Positions 18,884 to 27,619 of a stretch of DNA of 64,000 bases are shown here, piece after piece (position 1 is the first letter of the stretch; the number at the start of each line of letters is the position of its first letter). A program made the translations under genes and the position numbers. The DNA is taken from positions 1,925 to 65,924 of the forward strand of contig CAZMHM010000002.1 of assembly GCA_964566135.1 (NCBI GenBank). Direction: 5' to 3'. The DNA is from an uncultured Candidatus Saccharibacteria bacterium (lineage in GTDB: Bacteria > Patescibacteriota > Saccharimonadia > Saccharimonadales > CAIOMD01). The notes below the pieces were generated by a model that had not been told where the DNA came from, ran no database searches, and saw only the letters and a list, made by a program, of their open reading frames with translations.

Positions 18884-20137
18884 CTAGACAATTTTGATGA
18901 TTACTTGTGAGTTTTTGCCCCGACGCAAGACAATGTAGCCATTAATCGTATCATCGTTATCAAGAGCTGTTTTAGAAAGCGGAATTTGTGAACCATTAAT
19001 GTAAATTGCATTTGACTCTAGAAACCTACGAGCCTCACCCTTACTACTCACGAGACCCGCATCTACAAGTGCACCGGCAAGCTCAACCCCGTGAAATGCT
19101 TCAAAAATGCCGAGCTCTTTACCAAGTTCTTCAAAATCTGCAGCCGTTAGGTCGCTATATTCGCGAGCACCAAACAATACTTCGCTAATACGTTTTACAC
19201 TTTCGGCTCGCTCGGCGCCATGAACAATCTTGGTCACTTCGTACGCGAGTGTCTTCTGAGCCAAACGGTTACTTTTATCTTGTTCAAAATCTGCAATTAC
19301 AGTTTCGATTTCTTCTTTGCTAAGCAACGTGTAAATCTTTAGATAATCCGAAACACCTTCGTCGTCCACATTAAGCCAGAACTGATAAAACTGGTACGGA
19401 CTGGTCAAAGTTTCATCCAACCAAACCGCGCCACCCTCTGACTTGCCAAACTTTACACCTGTAGCCTTATTGATAACCAATGGCGCAGACCAAATATGTG
19501 CTTCGGCGCCTTCTATGCGCCTAATAAGTTCAACACCAGCGATACTGTTGCCCCACTGGTCGGCGCCGCAAACTTGCAAAGTTGCACCATGTTCGCGATA
19601 TAAGTGTAAAAAGTCATAGCCCTGGATAAGTGAATAGCTAAATTCGGCATAGCTAATGCCCGCACCTTCTTCACCCAAGCGGCTTTGCACAAATTCGCGC
19701 CCGAGCATCTGACGCATAGGCACATGCTTGCCGACATCACGCAAAAATTCTAGATATCCAATGTTTTTAAACCAGTCATAGTTATCGACGGGGATAAACG
19801 GCAACTCGCCTAAAATTTGCTTGTACTGCTTTGCAATATTAGCTTTATTCTGGGCGATTTGTTCGAGTGTCAGTAAATTGCGTTCCTCCGCCTTGCCGTC
19901 CGGGTCACCAATCATACCGGTAGCACCACCAACTAACAAAATTGCTTTGTGACCTGCAGCAACAAAATGACGCACCATTAATACCGTTGCAAGATTACCA
20001 ATCTGCATACTGATAGCACTCGGGTCTACACCCAAATAAAACGTAATCGGAGCACCGTCTAAGGCTGTAGCGTCCTTAAAAGTCGTTTGGTTAACAAAAC
20101 CGCGCCATTGGAGTTCTTCTGAAAGTGTGTTTGCCAT
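18884..20137 (-). CDS. tyrS: Tyrosine--tRNA ligase
   Basis: MANTLSEELQWRGFVNQTT...GVDPSA...GGATGMIGDPDGK...KFGKSEGGAVWL (KMSKS-like) plus a C-terminal S4-like domain. I placed the start at ATG 20137, because the track's GTG at 20257 would read through a terminator hairpin. Confidence 0.93.
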   Translation of the reverse strand: MANTLSEELQWRGFVNQTTFKDATALDGAPITFYLGVDPSAISMQIGNLATVLMVRHFVAAGHKAILLVGGATGMIGDPDGKAEERNLLTLEQIAQNKANIAKQYKQILGELPFIPVDNYDWFKNIGYLEFLRDVGKHVPMRQMLGREFVQSRLGEEGAGISYAEFSYSLIQGYDFLHLYREHGATLQVCGADQWGNSIAGVELIRRIEGAEAHIWSAPLVINKATGVKFGKSEGGAVWLDETLTSPYQFYQFWLNVDDEGVSDYLKIYTLLSKEEIETVIADFEQDKSNRLAQKTLAYEVTKIVHGAERAESVKRISEVLFGAREYSDLTAADFEELGKELGIFEAFHGVELAGALVDAGLVSSKGEARRFLESNAIYINGSQIPLSKTALDNDDTINGYIVLRRGKNSQVIIKIV

Positions 20138-20165
20138 ATCTGTTAAATAGCATACCACAAGAAAT

Positions 20166-20190
20166 AAAAAGCCCCAGATAAACTGGGGTA
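20166..20190 (-). terminator. Intrinsic terminator-like hairpin about 30 nt upstream of the tyrS ATG
   Basis: The minus strand reads CCCCAG-TTTAT-CTGGGG followed by CTTTTTATTT. Confidence 0.7.
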
Positions 20191-20195
20191 TTTTA

Positions 20196-20219
20196 TTTGG
20201 TACCGCGGAGAGAACTTGA
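20196..20219 (-). repeat. Duplicate of the 3' T-arm/acceptor/CCA end of tRNA-Leu (23/24 nt identical to 20350..20373)
   Basis: Plus-strand tttggtaccgcggagagaacttga compares with tttggtaccgcggagaggacttga inside the tRNA gene. The two copies are direct repeats 154 nt apart. Confidence 0.85.
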
Positions 20220-20320
20220 CCTGACCAGCAAAAGAATATTACTTTTGCTAAAGTCACCCCTTACGGGGCTAAAGGGCGGCCAACACTCACTGGGTATTGT
20301 CGTTCAAGTCCAAGACCAAA

Positions 20321-20343
20321 CAAAAACCCCTCTTGAGAGGGGC
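20321..20343 (-). terminator. Intrinsic terminator after tRNA-Leu
   Basis: The minus strand reads CCCCTC-TCAA-GAGGGG followed by TTTTTG. Confidence 0.75.
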
Positions 20344-20351
20344 TGTTGTTT

Positions 20352-20436
20352 TGGTACCGCGGAGAGGACTTGAACCTCCACGTCTTGCGACACTAGCTCC
20401 TAAGGCTAGCGTGTCTACCAATTCCACCACCGCGGC
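20352..20436 (-). tRNA. tRNA-Leu (anticodon UAG), class II with long variable arm, CCA encoded
   Basis: The reverse complement is GCCGCGG TG GTGG AATTGGTAGA CACG CTAGC CTTAGGA GCTAG TGTCGCAAGACGT GGAGG TTCAAGT CCTCT CCGCGGT ACCA. It folds as a cloverleaf closely resembling bacterial tRNA-Leu, with anticodon loop CU-UAG-GA. Confidence 0.92.
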
Positions 20437-20458
20437 AAATTAGTACTGATATAATCTA

Positions 20459-20989
20459 TCAAATTTTGCGATAAAAAACTAGGGTACCATCACCATAGTT
20501 CTTTTTACTAATAAGTTCTAGACCATTCAGGTCAAAATCTGCTGACCCTGTGGGCTTTGATATTACCAACAGTCCATCTTTAGCAACACTACTACTCAGT
20601 TGAATGATTTGAGTCGGATGCATATCGTCATACGGCGGATCACAAATCACAATATTGTAATGTTCATACGGGTAGTTTTGGCTGTAACTAGCCGCGTTAA
20701 CTCGCACTAAGCGCACAGTATCTTTTAGGTCTAAGGATTTGATATTTGCAGTGATTGTTTTGGCGACAATAGGGTCAATCTCGGTAATAAGCGCCTTTTT
20801 CGCACCACGACTAATTGCCTCAAAAGCAATCGCACCACTGCCACCATATGCATCAAATACCGTTAGATCACTGATATCACCAAGAACATTAAACAAAGCA
20901 CCTCGCATTTTTTCGCTCATGGGGTGCGTTTTGTGGTGATGCGGGCTTTCGAAATTGCGTCCGCGTAGTGTTCCGGCAATTATTCTCAT
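20459..20989 (-). CDS. rsmD: 16S rRNA (guanine966-N2)-methyltransferase RsmD family
   Basis: MRIIAGTLRGRNF...PMSEKMRGALFNVLG...DAYGGSGAIAFEAISRGA...VICDPPY. These are the typical RsmD N-terminus, SAM-binding motif and DPPY motif. Confidence 0.85.
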   Translation of the reverse strand: MRIIAGTLRGRNFESPHHHKTHPMSEKMRGALFNVLGDISDLTVFDAYGGSGAIAFEAISRGAKKALITEIDPIVAKTITANIKSLDLKDTVRLVRVNAASYSQNYPYEHYNIVICDPPYDDMHPTQIIQLSSSVAKDGLLVISKPTGSADFDLNGLELISKKNYGDGTLVFYRKI

Positions 20990-21028
20990 ACTTGTAGGGT
21001 ACTCACGAAACTGGCAAGAGTAAAGCAG

Positions 21029-21775
21029 CTATCGCCGTATCTCATATGTTTTAGCAAGCCGTTTGTCGCACGGGCTACAAAAGCCAGTTTTATATTCTGC
21101 TTGGCTTGGAAGAAAGCGCCCCTTAGAGGTAAAAGCACCTTTAAATAATCCAACCATCTGGCTTGGGTGCTGCACTTGGCGCATAAGACACCCTGCAGAT
21201 GTGCAACTTCTATCAAAAAAGTCACCGACATCTGATTTCTGGTCCACAGTAACGCCTGTTGGCAAACCATGTAATTCGCCCCACGCACGCCGTGCCAAAA
21301 ACCGTGCTGCAAATTCTTGCATAGTATCGGCTTCGACCGCCGCAAACGATACTATGGCAACGCGGTCATCGGCCCCAACCTTAACTGGTTCTATTGGATT
21401 AAAGACACTCGAGGGTTGTAAGGGATAATCTGTAAAGATAAACGTAGATTTAGCATCATCTTTAATACCGAACCGAGGATCTTTACCGAAAATTTCAAGT
21501 GTTCTATTAACCGCAACTTGCGCACGTCCGGGGACCATGCAAAATCTATCAAAAGCAGTCAAAAACTGAGGTTGTGGTCGCTGAACAGTGCTTGTAACAG
21601 GTTGGCCATATTGTACCCAAAGCTGCTCAAGACTTTCTTGCGCATGACCCGCAAGGCGTTCGCTTACTGGATTTCGAAAAATATTGTAAATACGAAGTTC
21701 GCAAGGCGGAGGTAGTAATTCGCGAGTATCGATATACCCTGAATGTTTATTGGGGTTATTCATCTGGTGTTGCAT
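21029..21775 (-). CDS. Hypothetical protein with C-terminal Cys cluster (start taken at MQHQMNN)
   Basis: ORF track 21029..21856. The earlier start would overlap the upstream gene by 49 nt, so I used ATG 21775. The C-terminal region contains CTSAGC...CSPC. No family recognised. Confidence 0.5.
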   Translation of the reverse strand: MQHQMNNPNKHSGYIDTRELLPPPCELRIYNIFRNPVSERLAGHAQESLEQLWVQYGQPVTSTVQRPQPQFLTAFDRFCMVPGRAQVAVNRTLEIFGKDPRFGIKDDAKSTFIFTDYPLQPSSVFNPIEPVKVGADDRVAIVSFAAVEADTMQEFAARFLARRAWGELHGLPTGVTVDQKSDVGDFFDRSCTSAGCLMRQVQHPSQMVGLFKGAFTSKGRFLPSQAEYKTGFCSPCDKRLAKTYEIRR

Positions 21776-21807
21776 ATTATGCAACGATGAATAAGAATAT
21801 GCAAATA

Positions 21808-22635
21808 TTATACTTCGGCGTTGGCGATGCCAGCTTCGCGTGCTGCCATGTACCATGCCAAAGTAACTGTTTTAGCCATACGTGGAGCCAAATCTGTACG
21901 CACCTGTTTAGACAGTTTTGGAGTCCAACCACGCTTATAAAACTGCTCGTACATATCCAAAAGAGCTACTTCACGCGCGATACGCTTAAAGTATTCATTT
22001 AGGCCAAGATGTTCCACGGTCTTAAGCTCGTACCGATTTGGGCGGGCAATGCGCCCCGACATTGGGGCCATTATCATAGCAGCACCCCATTCGAATAAGG
22101 CATGGGTAGTAAATAGCCCTTTTGCTCCCCACATCTCCCAGTTTTTCGCAAACAACTCACGTTTAGTATCGGCTGGAATCACGACTTTTTTATACACTGT
22201 AGTACGTGTTTCTTTGCCCTCGCCACGTAAGCGTTCGAGTTCTGCCTCGAATGGGTAGTGGTGTGCTGGGGTTAACCCATCGACAATTGCATGCGCCAGC
22301 CAACTCGCTTCAAACGCCGAGCGTTCATGATTCTTCTCTATAAGTGCCTCGACAAGCTTGTTAAAATGAGTTTCCATTTGTTCGAGCAACAAGCCATCGT
22401 CCGGATCAAACGGGTCGTAAAAATGCCATGGGGCATGCACACCATCCAGTTTTGCTTTTGCACTGTCCGGCCCATTTTTACCCTCAAAATGTAGGAGTAA
22501 TTTTTTTGATGGAAAGCCTTTGTCTACCGCCAATAAATCACGCAGCGCCTTACGGGCGGTGCGGTCTATTTTTTGGTGAGCGCCAATGACGTTACCAGAA
22601 ATATTAGTGAGTGTTGAGCCTGAATACATGTTCAA
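21808..22635 (-). CDS. Putative zinc-dependent phospholipase C / P1-nuclease-fold family protein
   Basis: 275 aa. AHAIVDGLTPAHH fits the H-x3-D-x3-P-x-H zinc-ligand pattern of that fold. The function is tentative. Confidence 0.45.
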   Translation of the reverse strand: MNMYSGSTLTNISGNVIGAHQKIDRTARKALRDLLAVDKGFPSKKLLLHFEGKNGPDSAKAKLDGVHAPWHFYDPFDPDDGLLLEQMETHFNKLVEALIEKNHERSAFEASWLAHAIVDGLTPAHHYPFEAELERLRGEGKETRTTVYKKVVIPADTKRELFAKNWEMWGAKGLFTTHALFEWGAAMIMAPMSGRIARPNRYELKTVEHLGLNEYFKRIAREVALLDMYEQFYKRGWTPKLSKQVRTDLAPRMAKTVTLAWYMAAREAGIANAEV

Positions 22636-22647
22636 TTTTGCTGAATT

Positions 22648-24687
22648 TTAGTTCAAGTAGGTCAGCTTACTTGCGCGCTGCACATTTGCAGCGATTTGCT
22701 TGTATTGTAGCAGGTTTTCACCTTTGGCCTGAAAAGATTTTACCGCCAAGCGAGTTTTTGCAATCAATTTTGTATCTGTTAATTGGGCAATCCGTAAATC
22801 TAGCGAGCCATGTTGGCGAGTACCGTAAATTGCACCCGGCCCTCGTATTTCTAAGTCAAGTTCGGCTAGTTCAAAACCATTCGTCGTACCGGCAATAGCT
22901 CGCATGCGGCGCGATGGTGCTTTGCTGTCACTTAATACCAAATAGCAATGCCCCCGATGCTCGGCGCGGCCTACCCGACCCCGTAGTTGATGGAGTTGCG
23001 CAAGACCAAACCTATCCGCAGCCTGGATAACCATAACAGTCGCGTTCGCAACATCAACGCCTACCTCAATCACAGTAGTTGCTACTAGTACATCAATTTC
23101 GTGAGCCGCAAATGCGCGCATGACTGCATCTTTTTCATCTGCTTTCATGCGGCCATGCAATAGACCAACTCGCCAGGCTTTAAATTCTTTTTGAGTTAGT
23201 TCTTTGTAAGTTTTCTCTGCGCTGGCAACCTGAAGTACTTCGCTCTCGGCAATCAGTGGGCAGACAACATACGCCTGACGGCCCGCTTTAAGTTGCTCAA
23301 TAACCGAAGCATACATTTGTGCAGTCGAGTTTGGCGAAACAATACTCGTATCAACACCAGCCCGCGTACTGGGGGCTTGATCAAGAATGCTAATATCGAG
23401 CTCGCCATACACAGTAAGTGCAAGGCTACGCGGAATTGGGGTTGCAGTAAGGCATAAAACGTGTGGCATATGACCGGCTTTGGCGTGTAACTTCTGTCGT
23501 TGTTGAACACCAAATCGATGTTGCTCATCAATGATAACCAGTCCAAGCCGGTGCCAATCAACAGATTCCTGCAATAAGGCATGCGTACCGACTAGTATGC
23601 GTATCTCATTATCCTTAAGCCGTTGCTTAATTTCTGCTTTCATTTTTGACTTTACACTACCCGTTAGCAATGCAAGCTTGTTTGCAAGTTTGCTATGTGC
23701 AAGGAGTTTTGCAAGTGTTTCTGCATGTTGTTGCGCCAGTAACTCGGTAGGTGCAATAAATGCTACTTGTAAGCCTGCTTCGGCCACCATGAGCGCAGAC
23801 ATTGCTGCCACGACTGTTTTGCCAGACCCAACATCGCCTTCTATCAAGCGATTCATTGGCTCTTCGCTATCAATGTCCTTATATACCTGCCATACGTTCT
23901 TCCGTTGTGCATCGGTTAACGTAAATGGTAACTTCGTAACAAAATCAGTTGCTACTTGCTGTTTAAATGGTACAGCGACAGCTTTTGCGCTTATTGCCTC
24001 AAGCCTATTCGCCTGGGCCGCCATCATAACAACAAATAGCTCCTCAAAACCAAGCCTTTCTTTGGCTTGTGCCAAATCCTCTGCGCTTTGTGGCAAATGC
24101 ATACTTTTAACTGCTTCGGCATGAGGGATAAGATGAAATTCTGCAACGAGCCACTGTGGTAATGTTTCGGGTAATAGCGCAATAACACCTGTCACTTGAG
24201 ATATCAACTTACGGATTAGTACTGACGTCACTTGGCCGCTTTCACGATACGTCGGCACAATTCTAGCGGTATGAGCATGCATTTCATCGCCAACAAGCTC
24301 TATGGCTGGATTAATTACCTGTAGACGCTCGCGCTGCAAGCCAAATTCACCGCTAATGTAATACTTTTTGCCCGCCTGAAGATTTTTTGCCCTGTACGGT
24401 TGATTAAACCAGACGATTTTAACTCGACCCGTATCATCATTGGCGACAGCTTCAGTAATATGCATGCCTCTGCGTACTCGGCGTTCTTTAATCTCACTAA
24501 AATGCGCCTTGAGTGTTACCAGACCTGGCCGTAACTGACCGATGGTAATTACATGCGAATAATCGTCGTACTTCCGGGGATAATATTGGATTAAGTCACC
24601 GACTGTGCGTAAACCAATAACCTCAAGACGTTCGGCAACAACGCTGCCCACACCACGCAACTCCGTCAGGCTTGTCTGGGTATTCAT
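22648..24687 (-). CDS. recG: ATP-dependent DNA helicase RecG
   Basis: Wedge domain plus helicase motifs GDVGSGKT, DEQHRFG, TATPIPR and QLHQLRGRVGR. The start is taken at ATG 24687 (MNTQTSLTELRGVG). Confidence 0.93.
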   Translation of the reverse strand: MNTQTSLTELRGVGSVVAERLEVIGLRTVGDLIQYYPRKYDDYSHVITIGQLRPGLVTLKAHFSEIKERRVRRGMHITEAVANDDTGRVKIVWFNQPYRAKNLQAGKKYYISGEFGLQRERLQVINPAIELVGDEMHAHTARIVPTYRESGQVTSVLIRKLISQVTGVIALLPETLPQWLVAEFHLIPHAEAVKSMHLPQSAEDLAQAKERLGFEELFVVMMAAQANRLEAISAKAVAVPFKQQVATDFVTKLPFTLTDAQRKNVWQVYKDIDSEEPMNRLIEGDVGSGKTVVAAMSALMVAEAGLQVAFIAPTELLAQQHAETLAKLLAHSKLANKLALLTGSVKSKMKAEIKQRLKDNEIRILVGTHALLQESVDWHRLGLVIIDEQHRFGVQQRQKLHAKAGHMPHVLCLTATPIPRSLALTVYGELDISILDQAPSTRAGVDTSIVSPNSTAQMYASVIEQLKAGRQAYVVCPLIAESEVLQVASAEKTYKELTQKEFKAWRVGLLHGRMKADEKDAVMRAFAAHEIDVLVATTVIEVGVDVANATVMVIQAADRFGLAQLHQLRGRVGRAEHRGHCYLVLSDSKAPSRRMRAIAGTTNGFELAELDLEIRGPGAIYGTRQHGSLDLRIAQLTDTKLIAKTRLAVKSFQAKGENLLQYKQIAANVQRASKLTYLN

Positions 24688-24851
24688 ACTATATAAAGTG
24701 TACCAGTACAGATGAATACTCAGCGACTTATCAGCAAAAAAATGCACACTATTACGCAATAATATGAGTAAAAAATCATAAGAATAATTACGTCTCGGCT
24801 ACCAGATTTGGTATACTAGGCAGTGATATTCAGTGAGTTTCAAAGAGGATA

Positions 24852-27551
24852 ATGAGTAAAGATAACAACCCGTTTTCGTCTTTTAAAGACAGAGCAAAAC
24901 GAATGACAAAAAAGCCGGACAAGAACAGCAAGGGTGTTCGCGTTAATCGGAGCGTAAGCGACCGTGTTAAAGCACGTAAAGATGCTAAGGCCCGTAAGCG
25001 AGCAGAATATCTTGCAACCTTACCTAAAAATCCTGTTAAGCGATTTGTTTACCGTATGCACCCTAAGCGCCTTGCCAAGTTCTGGTTTAGCCGTGATGGT
25101 GCAATTATGGCGCTTAAAGTTGTTGGGATAGGCTTTGCCATATTTATGGTATTAACACTTGCAACGTTCGCCTACTTCCGTAAAGACTTGCCTAAAAACA
25201 TTACTGACTTACGTACCTGTTCGCAGGGTGCGAGTACTACCTATTACGACCGCACTGGGCAAACACTGCTTTGGGCTAGTTCAGGCGATGTCGAATGTTA
25301 TCCAGTTAAGTTTGACCAAATTTCGCCCTACTTACGTAACGCAGTAATCGCATCAGAAGATAAGAACTTTTATAAGCACGGCGGGTTTAGCGCCGATGGT
25401 ATCTTGCGTGCTGGTTTGAATAACTTGCGTGGCGGTAATACCCAGGGTGGTTCGACCATTACGCAACAGTTTGTTAAAAACTCACTGTTAACCCAAGAGC
25501 AAAAGATATCCCGTAAAATCAAAGAACTTATTTTGTCTATCGAGCTCGAGCGCAGTTATTCAAAAGATGAAATTCTGAATGCCTACCTAAACGAGATTCC
25601 ATTTGGCTCAACATATGACGGAGCAGAAGCAGCATCACGCGGGTACTTTAACAAGCCTTCAAAGGACCTCACACTCGACGAGGCAGCACTTATGACTGCA
25701 ATTATTCCTGCCCCAAGTTACTACTCGCCGTACGGTAAACACACCGATAAGCTGATAGCACGCCAGCACTATGTGCTCGATATCATGGCCGAACAAGGCT
25801 ACATCAAAAAGAGCGAAGCAGAAGCAGCCAAGAAGGTTGATACGCTTGCCAAGCTATCGACAAGTCGTAGCAAATATAAAGATATTATTGCACCGTACTT
25901 TGTGCTCGAAGTTCAAGAACAGCTTGAATCTAAATATGGCGCCTCAAACGTACAAAAACTTGGCTATAAGGTAATCACAACCCTTGATTTACGTTTACAA
26001 AAGAGTGCCGAGGCAGTTGTGGCAGATACGATGCCAAAAGTTACCCGCAACAACGCCGACAACATGGCCGTTGTAGCTGCAGATGCTCAAACGGGTCAGG
26101 TGCTTGCACTTGTTGGTGGTCGTGGCTTTGACTACCCTGGCTATGGACAAAACAACATGGCTACAACCCCTCGTAGCCCAGGCTCAACCATGAAGCCATA
26201 TGACTACGCATCACTTATGACGCAAAACAAGAGCTGGGGCGCAGGTAGTACATTCTATGACTTAAAGACGAATTTTGGCTTTGGCTATTCACCAGATGAC
26301 TACGACCTTCGCCAGCCGGGCGCAATGAGCATGCGCCAAGCACTTGGTGGCTCGCGTAACATTCCTGCAATTAAAGCAACTTACATCGCGGGCGTCCAAA
26401 ACACCATTGACCTTGCCAAGAAAATGGGTGTTATTAGCGGAACATCCTGTGAGCCAAATTGTGGCCTTTCGGCAGCAATCGGTGACGGTAGCGAAATTAG
26501 GCTCGACGAACACGTAAATGGCTTTTCTACTTTTGCCCGCGGCGGTAAATACAAGCCACAAACCTACATCCTAAAAGTAACCGACGCGAAAGATAAGATA
26601 ATCAGCGAGTGGAAAGACACCGCCGGCGAACAAGTCGTTGATCCGCAAATTGCATACATTGTTGCCGACATGATGAGCGACCCTAAAACAAGCTATTTTG
26701 GTAACTCATATCGCCTGAATAACGGTTGGAAAACTGCACTTAAAACCGGTACCACAAACAACAAAGATAATGGTTGGCTCATGGGCTACACCAATAAGCT
26801 AACCTTTGGTATGTGGATGGGCCGCCAAAACGATAATAAAGCGCAGTATAACTTTACCGATACCATTCTTGGGCCAGCCTGGAACCGCTTTATGACCGAA
26901 GCCAACCAAACACTTGGTTACACACAAGGTTCTGGCTTTACCAAGCCTGCTGGTATCAAAACTGTTTGTATCAACCAAACAACTGGCTATGCAACAACGA
27001 GTGGCGGTAACTGCGATATCTTCCCGAGCTGGTATCAGGCACAATACCCTGATAGCTCAAAGAAGGCTGAAATCGATACCGTTTCTAAAAAACTTGCAAC
27101 TGAATGTACTCCAGAGTTAGCCAAGCAATCAATCACCGGTGGTGGTTTGCGGTCTGAGCTGCCAACCAGTGATCCGATGTACAAAAACTGGATTGGACCC
27201 GTGCAGGCACGCTACGGTGCGGCTGGCGGAGCTATTCCAACTGATAAAGATGATGTACACACCTGTGACCCTGCAGACAAACCAACAGCTTCCCTTACGA
27301 CAACACTTGTGTCGCCAGGAGTCTACAAATTGACGGCAACCGTCGTACAGGGCAAGAACCCACTGACAACCGTAAACTTCAAGGTTAACGGCAATATCAT
27401 CGACGGTGGTTCTGTCGACATAACGACAAGTGGAACAACACCTGCCGTTACCTATACCGTATCAGGTACGGACCCCGTGCAAGTTACGGCACAAGTAATC
27501 GATAGTGTGCTCTACGACGCAACATCAGAGCCGAAAACACTAACCCCATAA
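24852..27551 (+). CDS. Class A penicillin-binding protein (glycosyltransferase GT51 + transpeptidase) with C-terminal Ig-like extension
   Basis: N-terminal TM segment. GT51 motifs EDKNFYKHGG and GGSTITQQ are present, as are the transpeptidase motifs STMKP (SxxK), SRN and KTGTT. Confidence 0.93.
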   Translation: MSKDNNPFSSFKDRAKRMTKKPDKNSKGVRVNRSVSDRVKARKDAKARKRAEYLATLPKNPVKRFVYRMHPKRLAKFWFSRDGAIMALKVVGIGFAIFMVLTLATFAYFRKDLPKNITDLRTCSQGASTTYYDRTGQTLLWASSGDVECYPVKFDQISPYLRNAVIASEDKNFYKHGGFSADGILRAGLNNLRGGNTQGGSTITQQFVKNSLLTQEQKISRKIKELILSIELERSYSKDEILNAYLNEIPFGSTYDGAEAASRGYFNKPSKDLTLDEAALMTAIIPAPSYYSPYGKHTDKLIARQHYVLDIMAEQGYIKKSEAEAAKKVDTLAKLSTSRSKYKDIIAPYFVLEVQEQLESKYGASNVQKLGYKVITTLDLRLQKSAEAVVADTMPKVTRNNADNMAVVAADAQTGQVLALVGGRGFDYPGYGQNNMATTPRSPGSTMKPYDYASLMTQNKSWGAGSTFYDLKTNFGFGYSPDDYDLRQPGAMSMRQALGGSRNIPAIKATYIAGVQNTIDLAKKMGVISGTSCEPNCGLSAAIGDGSEIRLDEHVNGFSTFARGGKYKPQTYILKVTDAKDKIISEWKDTAGEQVVDPQIAYIVADMMSDPKTSYFGNSYRLNNGWKTALKTGTTNNKDNGWLMGYTNKLTFGMWMGRQNDNKAQYNFTDTILGPAWNRFMTEANQTLGYTQGSGFTKPAGIKTVCINQTTGYATTSGGNCDIFPSWYQAQYPDSSKKAEIDTVSKKLATECTPELAKQSITGGGLRSELPTSDPMYKNWIGPVQARYGAAGGAIPTDKDDVHTCDPADKPTASLTTTLVSPGVYKLTATVVQGKNPLTTVNFKVNGNIIDGGSVDITTSGTTPAVTYTVSGTDPVQVTAQVIDSVLYDATSEPKTLTP

Positions 27552-27570
27552 TAGAAACGTAATGTAGTAA

Positions 27571-27598
27571 AAACTCCGCTATCGCTAGCGGAGTTTTT
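27571..27598. terminator. Bidirectional intrinsic terminator
   Basis: AAA-ACTCCGCTA-TCGC-TAGCGGAGT-TTTT lies between convergent genes. Confidence 0.8.
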
Positions 27599-27619
27599 AC
27601 TATTGTTTACAGGTGTAGG

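Noticed and set aside
20190-20230. T-box riboswitch upstream of tyrS, because of a GGTACCGCG-like string
   Set aside because: The T-box-like TGGTACCGCGG string is on the plus strand, whereas tyrS is on the minus strand. The minus strand reads CCGCGGTACCA, which is simply the copied tRNA-Leu acceptor end. I could identify no specifier loop with a UAC codon.
20138-20257. 40-codon N-terminal extension of tyrS from a GTG (track ORF 18884..20257)
   Set aside because: The extension would read through the terminator hairpin and the tRNA-like repeat, and it encodes a hydrophobic junk-like peptide. The conserved TyrRS N-terminus begins at ATG 20137.
20198-20320. SRP (4.5S) RNA, because of GGTCAGGTC
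   Set aside because: The partner strand motif (GGAAGCAGC) and the GNRA-capped helix 8 arrangement are absent, so the match is limited to 9 nt.
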